NCBI RefSeq assembly: GCF_009914755.1
Contig: NC_060929.1
Length of the DNA: 64,000 nucleotides
From: the human T2T-CHM13v2.0 reference genome, Homo sapiens
Direction: 5' to 3' (one strand)
Shown: one piece after another, positions 43,301 to 64,000 of the stretch
How the letters are laid out: every line of letters starts with the position of its first letter
How positions within the stretch are numbered: position 1 is the stretch's first letter
Made by a program: the position numbers and the translations under genes
Notes under the pieces: model-generated
What the model was told of the DNA's origin: nothing
The model's database searches: none
The model's input: the letters and a program-made list of their open reading frames with translations, nothing else

Positions 43301-44379
43301 AAAGCCTCTGAGGCGAGGAGACCCGCGTGGGGTGGGCTGGGGTCTTCAGGGGTCCTCTCCTAGCCACTGTAGATGGTCCTGCAGCCAGACCAGAGGCCAG
43401 CACCAGTGTCTGGAGCTCCAGTTTCCTCATTAACAGAGGCGCCCCAGTCACCTCTCCCCAGCTCAAAGATGGGTTTCCTATCACCTCAAAGTGGCGGTTG
43501 TGGGGAGGGCAGTGAGGGCCCCCAAAAAGAAGGGGTCTTGAGAGGGAGCTCAGGCTTCCCCAACCCCGTATCAGGGCCCTCTAAGATGCAAAGCAAGGGT
43601 AGAAAGAATCTCAGGGCTGACCAGGGAGGTTCGCCAGCTCTGACAAGGGTCATTGCCTCAGGGTGACAATGCTGGCTCTGACAGTGGCAACTGCCTCATA
43701 GGGCCAAGCGTTGGGCCTGGGCTCCCAGACAAGACTGTGTGGAGCTTTCCAGGAAGGAGAGTGAAGGGAAGCCAGGCATCAGCATTAGCTTCTTTCTCCA
43801 GGGCACAAATGCTCCACTTCTGGTGCCCTCAACTACAACTCACCCTGGGGCAGGCACGGAGCTGAGACCTTACACTCATCCCACCAGACCCCCCAGTAGC
43901 CCTGTGCCGTCTCCAGGCTGGGATGCAGGCTTATTTTATCTTCATAACAGAGAGAGCAACAAACTGAGGCTGATCCCAGAACGCTTTACATCCCTCCACC
44001 CAGAAGCACCCTGCAGTGTAACAGGCAAGGGAGGAGTTCAGGGCCTCAAGGCAATCTGCCTCTGTCAAGCCCCAGGAAGGGGAAGATCAGCTTAAGTCAC
44101 CCCACAGAAATGGCAACAATCACAGTAACAGCCACATTTACATCTTGTGTGTGAGGCAGGACAGTGAGGGCTGGCCACAAGCATCAATGTTCGCAAAGTC
44201 GGGGCAAAGGGCTGTTTTGATTTAGACGTCACAGCTCAAGATGCTGAGGATCAGAGGGGTGAGGTGACTTGCCCAAAGTCACACAGCCAACAGGCAGGGA
44301 AGCTAGGAGGAAGCTCAGAACTGATTCCAGCGCCACATCATAACCACAATGCGGCCTCCCGAGTGTAGCCACGTCATAA

Positions 44380-44715
<336 letters not shown>

Positions 44716-47057
44716 TGATCCACCCGCCTCGGCCTCCCAAAGTGCTGGGATTACAGGTATGAGCGAGCCACTGCACGCCTGCAGCTCAGCAGTTATGAAC
44801 TGAACATCTACCCTCCGCGGGCCCTGTTCCAAATGCAGGGGACACAAAGATCACTCCTTGTCCTCAGGGACTTCACATCTGCTGGAGGGGACAGAAAATA
44901 AAGAAGGAGAAACACAAGAGAATCCCAGTTTGTAACAACAGCCCTGAAGGAAATCTACAGGCAGCTGCCACCATGGTCAGGGAGCGGTGGTCGGGACAGG
45001 CCTCTCTGAGGAGGGAATCTGAGTTGAGACCCGGAGAATGAGGAGGAGCCAGCTGTACAGAGTCACAGGTAGACTGGCAGGCAGGGGACCCGCCAGCGCA
45101 ATGGCAATGGTCCGGAAGCAGAAAGGAGCTGCGCTTCCCTCAGCTCCTCCCAGAGGCACCACTGGCCTCCACCACCCTGCACCACCTGACCCAGGCTGGC
45201 TGGAGTTAACTCTTCAGTCACCAGTGCATTGGTAAAGTCCCTCCTCGTCCCCATCCTTCTCCCCAAGTCTTAGTGTCTAATTCTGGCTCTGGTATAGCCT
45301 GTTTTTTCTTGTTATTGTTGTTTTCAGACAACCTGCTTTTCAGTCAGGGTCTTGCCCTGTCACCCAGACTGGAGTGCAGTGGTGTGATCACAGCTCACTG
45401 CAGCCTTGAATTCCTGGCCTCAAGTGATCCTCCTGCCTCAGCCTCCAGAGCAGCTAGGACTAGATTTGGTGCCACCACGCCTGGCTAATTTTTTAAATTT
45501 TTTGGAAGAGATGGAGTCTTCCTATGTTTCCTAGGCTGGTCGTGAACTCCTAGCCACCCGAAGTGCCAGCCCTGCTATAGTCTGTTAGTATGAAAAAATC
45601 GGTAAGCTATGGGGGGAGAAGGGAAAAAATGCATCACAGGGGAAGCAGAGAGAAAGGGGAAGAGAAAGAGTGAAGTGGAAGGTGAGTATGGTGGAGAGAG
45701 GGAGAAGGGAGAAGGAAGCCTTTCAGCACTCACCCTCCCTGCTCTGCTGACAAGACCCAGAGACACCCTGCACTGCAGGCTGCTGCGGTCCCAGCAGCCC
45801 CACCCACCAGGGTGCCAGGAGGGGCCCCAGGAGCACTCAGCTTCCCCGCCCTGACACCCGCCCTTTTCCCCTGCCACTTCCTGTGCTAGTCCTGCCTGCA
45901 CCCCTCACCACTTCCTCTGCATGAGAGGCCACCATCCATCGCCATCCAGCTGAGGCACGCTTGCAAAGAAGGGTGACATTCCTGGGCACAGAGACCACAA
46001 GGCCAAGAGTAGACACCGCACTGAAGCGACCGTGGACTGCCCAACAAGCCCGTTTGTCTTTCTCTCTGTGCTATGCAAGAGAAAAGAGACACGCTCCTGG
46101 CCAGAAAGATCTGGATGCAAGTCCCAGCCCTGCCAAAAAAAAGCTATGTGACCCTGAGTAAGTCACTGTACCTCTCTGGGTCTCTGCTTCATCAGGTGTG
46201 GAGTGAGGATATCCCCCTACCTTTCATGGGGATACGAGAAGAATAAATGATGGACATGTAGGAACTGAGCAAAAGTCAACTCCCTACTCATCTATCTTGT
46301 TCACTTTGGAACCCACAGGGCCTGGCACAAGTAGGTGCTCAATAAACAATCTAGAGCTAACACTTACATGACTTCTTCCAGTGTCCTAGACTAAGTGGTT
46401 TCCATGGGTTGTCTCATTTCATCTTCCAACAGCCCTATGTGATTGTACCATTACCATCACCATTTCACAGCTTAAGAAACTGAGGCAGAGATAAGTAAAT
46501 TCCTCAGCATCACACAGCCTGCAAGAGGTAGAGCCAGGCTTGAACTGCAGGAATTCCTCCAGGTTCCCAGACAACCTCTGATCCGCAGCAGACACAAGCT
46601 TGCCTTCCTGTCTCATCCTCTCTGCTCTCTTTCCATCTCCTAAGATGCCCTAGACTCTTTCATGCCTCCTGTCTCACAAACATCTTCTCAGGCTGGTCAC
46701 CTCTCACCTGTCACCTCACTCCCTCAGCTCTGATTCGGGTTCCAACTACAGCTCTGGCCTTCCCTCCCACACCCACCTGGTTCGGTCACCAGGGTCGGTC
46801 ACTCTGGCCCAGCCTCCATTCAGCATGGACCACCTTAGTTTTGGGCAGCCAGGAATCCTGGCTCTGGCACCCTGCAATTGTGTCGCCTCTCTGGTCATGG
46901 CCTCCTCCCCCATCAAAAGACAGTCCTTCTCTAATGTTACATGGGCTGACCTGATCAGGCCCTGGGGGACTTAAGGCAGGCAGGACATTTTTTGAGATCA
47001 AAACTGCCAAGTCTAAATTCATTGGCTTAGCATTCAAAGCTCTCTTGACTTGGTCCC

Positions 47058-47710
47058 TGCTATGGTCCGAGTGTCTGTGTCCCTACAAAATTCTTATGTT
47101 GAAATCCCAACCTCCAAGGTGATAGCATTAGAAGGAGGGGCCTTTTGGGAAATGATTAGGTCTTAATGAGATTAGTGTTCTTGTAAAACAGACCCCAGAG
47201 GCCGGTGCGGTGGCTCACGCCTGTAATCCCAGCACTCTGGGAGGCCGAGGCGAGTGGATCACTTGAAGCCAGGAGTTTGAGACCAGACTGGCCAACATGG
47301 TAAAACGCCATCTCTACTAAAAATACAAAAATTAGCCAGATGTGGTGGTGCACGCCTGTGATCCCAGCTACTCTGGAGGCTGAGGCACAAGAATCACTTG
47401 AACCCAGGAGGCGATCATGCCGCCAGTGAGCCGCGATCATGCCACTGCACTCCAGCCTGGATGAAGGAGTGCAGTCTTTAAAAAAAAAAAGAAAAGACCC
47501 TAGAAGGCTAGCTGTCCTTCTGTCCCTCCCACTATGTGAGGTCACAGCGAGAAGGCACCATCTATGAAGCAGAGCAGGCCCTCGTTAGACACCAACTCTG
47601 TGGGAGCCTTGATCTTGGACTTCCCAGCCTCCAAACTATGTGAAATAAAATGTTTATTGTTTGCAAGCCATCCAGCCTATGGTATTTTGTCACGGCAGCC
47701 CGAATGAGCC
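47058..47710 (+). mobile_element. MLT1A-type MaLR LTR with an inserted Alu (47200-47495)
   Basis: tgctatggt...gtgtccctacaaaattcttatgttgaaatc...gccttgatcttggacttcccagcctcca. Confidence 0.85.
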
Positions 47711-47809
47711 ACGCCCCCAAATGCTATTGCAGATCTGGCCTGGCCCTGGCCCATGCCCACTTCCCAAATCCAGTGACCACTGGGTTTGAGGAGGCAACAG
47801 TAGAGGCCA

Positions 47810-48095
47810 GATCTGTCGTGCCCAACATGGCAGTCACTAGCCACATGTCACTATCGAGCACCTGACATGTGGCTGGTGCAGATGGAGATGTGCCATAAGT
47901 GCAACACCCACCAATTTCAAAGACTTCGCATGAAAAAGAATACAACACATTGCTTTAATTCTGCATTTATTACATGCTGAAGTGATAAATATACCATTAA
48001 AATTCATTTCCCTATTTTTCCTCTGGTTTGAATGAGGTGACTAGGAAACCTGCCATTGCCTGTATAGCCTGCGTAACACTCCCTTGGACAGCATC
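47810..48095. mobile_element. MER33-like hAT element
   Basis: 'cactagccacatgtcactatcgagcacctgacatgtggct...cacaccaatttcaaagactt'-type sequence. Confidence 0.7.
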
Positions 48096-49121
48096 ATTAG
48101 CCCAGAGACAGAAGGGACCAACTTACCTGTTTTTGTTTTGTTTTGTTTTGTTGAGACAGAGTCTTGCTCTGTTGCCCAGGCTGGAGTGCAATGGCGCTTT
48201 CTCAGCTCACTGCAACCTCTGCCTCCCAGGTTTCAGGTGATTTTCCTGCCTCAGCCTCCCAAGTAGCTGGGACTACAGGCATGAGCCACCACACCCAGCT
48301 AATTTTGTATTTTTAGTACAGATGAAGTTTCACCATGTTGGCCAGGCTGGTCTCGAACTCCTGACCTCAGGTGATCCACCCACCTCGGCCTCCCAAAGTG
48401 CTGGGATTACAGGTGTGAGCCACCGCGCCCAGCCCAGGATCAAATTATCTGATACTTACAGAGAAGACCGAAATCTGGGATTTTCTGTGAAATCTCTTCA
48501 TTTAAAAATACTGGCAATCAAGTCAAATTTGGTTCAACCCGCGTGGGGGCCACACCGTGTGGCCCCATCCTCAGGCCACATCAGGCCGCTACATCAGGCT
48601 CAACGGCCAGCAGTCAGCAACCTCGGGCCACTCATGGGCCGGCCTCTCTCCTGGCCTGGACTTCCTTCCCTCCACCTTATCACCATCCCGCCTGCCGTAC
48701 CAGGTGGAAGCTTCCCCGCTCTCGGCTGGCTGCCTGCTTGTCCCTGTACAACTCTCATCTCAGGCAGCACCTTTCGGTCTCCTCCCCCATGACACACTGG
48801 AAGCAGCAGGGGAGGCCGCCTTCTTATCCTGAGCACCTACGGTGGCTAACTGGATACCCGCTGTATGAGCTACTCAGGCAATTCTCACAATAGCTCCCGC
48901 AGGTGTAGTCAGCCCCACTGTACTCATGGGGAAGCTGAGGGAGGCTGAGACAAGCCACTTGCCTGAAAGGACACAGTGGCTAAATGGCACAGCCGGGATG
49001 CAAACCCTGGCTTCTCTGACTGAAAGACCCAACTCTCTCATTGCACACCCAGAGACCTGACAGAGGAGGTCAACAAATACCGTCTGCCGGGCTGAATAAA
49101 GGAACGCTCGTCTGCACAAGA

Positions 49122-49340
49122 CAGTGGTTCTCAGCTGGAGCCATTATGCCTCCCTCCCCCATGGAGCATGTGGCAACGTCTGGGGACACTTTTGGTTGCC
49201 ACAACTGCAAGGAGGTGTTCTGGCATCCAGTGGGCTGAAGCCAGGGATCCTGTGGAACACCCTATAATGTACGTAACAGCTCCATAACAAAGAACGACCC
49301 CACCCAAAATGCCAGTAGTGCCAGGTGAGGAAGCGCTGGT
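49122..49340. mobile_element. MER20
   Basis: cagtggttctca...ggcaacgtctggggacacttttggttgccacaactg...ccaaaatgccagtagtgcc. Confidence 0.85.
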
Positions 49341-50488
49341 ATGAGGGCTATGCTATCAACACCGAGGTATTCCTGCCTTGTCCCTAAAGTCATAGTGACA
49401 GGTCAGGAGCTTCTCCATCTGACACCAAGAGCAGCAATCATAACACCTCATCGTCATTTCCTGAGCCCTTCCTGGGTGAGAATCAGATGCTAAACACATC
49501 ACCTCCTCAACTCCTCTCAGCCCTGTGGCCAACTCCACTTTGCAGACACAAGATTCAGGTTCAGAGGAGGAGGTGGTCACCTATTTGGGGTTCAAATAGG
49601 GCCAGGACTAGGACCCAGATCCTACTGAGCCCCAAATCTCTTCCCTTCACCACCACCCTGTTCCACTACCCTCAGCAGCAGGGGGCCTGAGAGTGACCAC
49701 CCAGGGCTGTTCTGGGGGCTATGGGGTGACAACCTCTGGAGAGTCCCCCTAATCTAGGTAACCTTGGCAGGCCAGGCCACAGGAGAGTCCTAGGTGGAGG
49801 GCGGGTCCATCTGTTTGTTTCGATCCCTTCCACCGCAGCTTGCTTTCGCATCAGCCAAAAAAAATTCCCAGAACGGCCAGTGTGAAATCAGACCCGCAGG
49901 GCTGTGGGCAGGGCCCCACGCAGAAGCCGAAGGGCGTCATCCACGGGAAGTTCAGACCCCCTTGGATGAGGGCTGAGTCACGAGTTAGAAACCCACTCAC
50001 AATAGCATGGACTTGGGTTTAAAAATACTTGGCTGAGCGGAAACAAGGTTACTGCCTGGGGCCAGATCTCTTTCCGGAGGAGGAGGGGAGGACTGAGACC
50101 TTCCCCATCCCCAGAGGAAGTGGAAACCCAAGCTTTCAAACTAGTAGGCAGGAGAGGAGGTGAAAGGAGAAGACTCTGGCTCAGGGACGGGCAAGACGGC
50201 CTGGGAGGGCTCCTACCTCACTTAACCTGAGCTTCCTCTCAACCAGGCAGGGAGGGCAGAATGTCACATCACTCCTAAAGCCAGCACACAGCAGAGGCAC
50301 CTAAGCTCTGAGCAGCAGCTGCCAAGGCCCCCTGTGCACTTGAGGGGTCTAAGAGGACTTGGGAATTGGCTCTCAGCAATAGCAAGAGACAAAGGGGACC
50401 TGTATTAATTTATCTCATTTTATTTTTAAAATCACCCTCAAATAGGCATATGCTTTGACCTAGTAATTCCCTTTGAAAGTCCGGCCTA

Positions 50489-56950
<6,462 letters not shown>

Positions 56951-56977
56951 AAAAACGCCACCACTCCAAGCCTCTAG

Positions 56978-57135
56978 GGCAGTACTTCTCAAACCTATTT
57001 GCTTAGGAATCACCTGGGATCTTATTAAAACGTAGACTCTAATTCAGCAGGTCGGGGCTGGGCATGAGATTGTTCACTTCTGACAAGCTCCCAAATGATG
57101 CTATTATAACACCGGTCATCTAGGAACTACTTCGG
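56978..57135. mobile_element. MER5A
   Basis: gcagtacttctcaaac...aatcacctgggatcttattaaaa...ctgacaagctcccaaatgatgct. Confidence 0.7.
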
Positions 57136-57962
57136 TAACTAGGCGATAGACCACTTCCAAGTCAGAGGAGAAGGCCTGGAGAAGCCTTCTCTGTGGTCCA
57201 GCCTCATAGAACGGCAATCCTAGGGTCAGAGTGCCCTACAAGCTACAGGAGCCCCAAGGAGGAGGATAGTGGCTTAGAAGAGAGGTGCTCTCCTGGAGGT
57301 ATACACCAATTTAACAAGTGGGCGTCTCCCAGTAAAAATTTTCTTAGGGGAAAGGGGGGAGTCAAGCTGTAGGTGTTGGCTCCCTAAAACAACTCACCAC
57401 CTCAGAATTAGCTCCCAGGAGCAGAAACCAACGTCCTGCTGCCACACTTCTCTAGACTCAATCAGCTCTGCCCCACCCACTCCACAAAAGCTCTCTGCCG
57501 CGTCTTCCTCTAGGGGAGAGGTGACTGCAGGCTGGGAGACTCCCCAGCTGTGACTCAGACCGACGGAATCAAATCTGTTCCCCCAGGCTCAGCATTCACC
57601 AGATCCTGACCTCCCCCTCTGACCAGCCCCAACCCACCTTTCCAAGCCCCACCTCTCAGTCCATGGGCCACCCCTCGCCCACCCCACTTCCCTGTCTCTG
57701 GCTCATCTTCAGATGTGTCCCTAGCTCCCAACCCGTCCAAGCGCAGCCGAGTTTCTCGGTCCACATCGCCTCGATATTCCCACAGCATCTGTGGTCTCTC
57801 TTAAAAAAAAAAGTGTGCCCGTATCGCCGTTTTACGGAACGTCCCTGGAAGGTCCCTCGAGTGGCCCTCTCGGATGCTGAGGTCCTGTCAACGCCCCTTT
57901 GTCTCCCCGTGCGGCGCCGAGCGCAGTGCAGGACACACAGGAAGTGCTCCGAAACAGGGCTA

Positions 57963-58736
<774 letters not shown>

Positions 58737-58780
58737 CTAATTGGCTGCGGGCGCTCCCCGGCTCCGCCCGTCGCCGCAGG

Positions 58781-58800
58781 GCACTCTGGAAACTGTAGTC
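58781..58800 (-). promoter_or_regulatory. ZNF143/THAP11-type ACTACA-SBS promoter motif
   Basis: Minus strand GACTACAGTTTCCAGAGTGC closely matches ACTACAnnTCCCAgnnTGC. Confidence 0.7.
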
Positions 58801-58950
58801 CCCCCACACCACGCTCCGCGAGCCGCGGGCTGGGCTTTGGGGAAGCTTCGGGGACCGCTCGGTGGGACCGCTCATGGACTCAGGAGCCCGCCCGCCGCGC
58901 CGCGTGGCTCCCAAAACTTTTATGGGAGCAAGCGGGACGGCGACTTGGCA

Positions 58951-58960
58951 TTTCGCGAGA
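58951..58960. promoter_or_regulatory. TCTCGCGAGA-like (BANP/CGCG) element
   Basis: TTTCGCGAGA, one mismatch from the palindrome, inside the CpG island. Confidence 0.5.
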
Positions 58961-60103
58961 GCCCACGGATCGTTGTCAGCGCCCAGAAGGTGAACCTGCA
59001 CTCGTTCATTTAATCCTCCCGCAGCTATTCCGCTAGGCTGCCCTCGCCCCCACTTTTCCGATGGGGACGCCGGCAGGCGAGGGCACTCGCCCCAGGCACA
59101 CACGCTGGCTGCCCGTCTGCTGCGGGTTCCTCGGCGCGGTGCTGCCTCCTAGTGTGCGACGGGCAACGCCGGTGCAGCCGCGGCCAGTCCCTGCAGGGCC
59201 CGGCTTCCCGGCGCGGTCCTTTCCAGGGGCTCCCCGTCCACGATCCACAAACCTGCCAGGATTAGAGGGCTGGGAGAAAGAGCTCCTTTGGCACTGATTT
59301 CTCTTATGTTTCCTGATGGGTTTGCGGATGTATTTGCATATTAAATAAAAACTTTATTCTAATTTTTAATTTCCTAGTTTCAAAAAAGATGAGCGCACTA
59401 CATACAGATCAAACTAAAGTCTTCTTTGAGCACCTTCATTCTCGATCCTGGCTACTTGAGTCACTTCACTGCTACTGTTGCCTGTTTGTCCTATAGACGG
59501 TTATAACATGCTTTTACCTGAATCTAAGGAGAGTGCTGGGGGTGGGGGGGGGGGGCGGGCAGTCTGCAAGGGTTATTATTTGGACCGTGTCATAAACAAG
59601 TTGAGTCTTCGCAAATGTCACAGTTCAATAGCTCCAACCCCAGAGAACGGCTGTGTTGAGGTGTTTTCGCCCCTTCCTCGGTGCTTTGTTCGAAAACATC
59701 CTTTGAACAGTGTGCAAACACCAAGCATGGTTTTCCACTGGGAAAGCCAGCTCAAGAAGCCTGCGATGCTGGTAGTGGTCGGCGCAGAGGGTGTCCTGGT
59801 TGCTAAGCCGTTCGGAATGTTTCCACAGCTGCAGGAGTGCCTGGAATTGTAGAGGGTCTTTAAAAGAAGGAAACGCCGCTCGTCGCTGACCGTTCTCATT
59901 GAGTCAGGCGCTGTCTGAACCTCCCAAAACATGCTGAAAGGCAGGTCTTTCATTTGTTTCAGACCATTTGGCCAACTGTACGAAGCGGGTGGGGAGACCA
60001 AGAGGGTTGCTTCCATACTAGGAGATGAAGGCTCTGACTCCACGAAAGCTGTAGGCCTGGAGGGCTCTGACCAGCTCTGAGAGCTCCAGAAAAGCAAGCA
60101 AGC

Positions 60104-60337
60104 GAGAGAAAGAGAGAGAGAAAGGAAAGAGAGAAAGAGAGAAAGAAAGAAAGAGAAAGGGAAAGGAAAGGAAGAAAGAGAGAAAGGAAAGAGAGAAAGA
60201 GAGAAAGAAAGAAAGAGAAAGGGAAAGGAAAGGAAGAAAGAGAGAAAGAAAAAGGAAAGGAAGAGAAGGAGAGAGAAAGAGGGAGGGAGGGAGGGAAGGA
60301 AGGAAGGGAGGGAGGGAGGAAGGAAGGGAAAGAAAAA
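60104..60337 (+). repeat. Uninterrupted 234-nt polypurine tract with a perfect 62-bp tandem duplication
   Basis: Only A/G from 60104 to 60337; 60121-60182 is identical to 60183-60244. Confidence 0.92.
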
Positions 60338-60349
60338 CGGAGAGGTTCA

Positions 60350-64000
<3,651 letters not shown>

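Noticed and set aside
59618-60097. 159-aa minus-strand ORF upstream of STK10
   Set aside because: Non-ATG start at the edge of a purine tract, no recognisable homology, and no poly(A)/TSD hallmarks of a processed pseudogene.

Overview
This is primate (almost certainly human) genomic DNA covering the 5' end of STK10 (LOK, lymphocyte-oriented Ste20-like kinase) on the minus strand. It contains a CpG-island promoter (~57.7-59.2 kb), coding exon 1 (58349-58194), a 31-kb intron 1, exon 2 (27101-26937, carrying the ATP-binding K65) and ~27 kb of intron 2; exon 3 was not seen. The rest is mostly interspersed repeats: about 60 Alus by manual count, an old fragmented L1M block with nested insertions, MER41/MER21A/MaLR/LTR16-like LTRs, hAT MER elements, MIR/L2 and simple repeats. 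Most ORFs in the track are Alu-, L1- or GC-content artefacts. I found no support for a new biological system. The best second-look items are rearrangement scars (a chimeric AluS/AluY marking a likely Alu-Alu recombination deletion, a head-to-head Alu fusion, and a templated L1 duplication that preserves a pre-Alu empty site), a sense-oriented full-length MER21A LTR, inverted Alus around the symmetric exon 2, and a few motif-duplicating tandem repeats. Repeat subfamily names come from recalled consensus sequences, and repeat boundaries are approximate.
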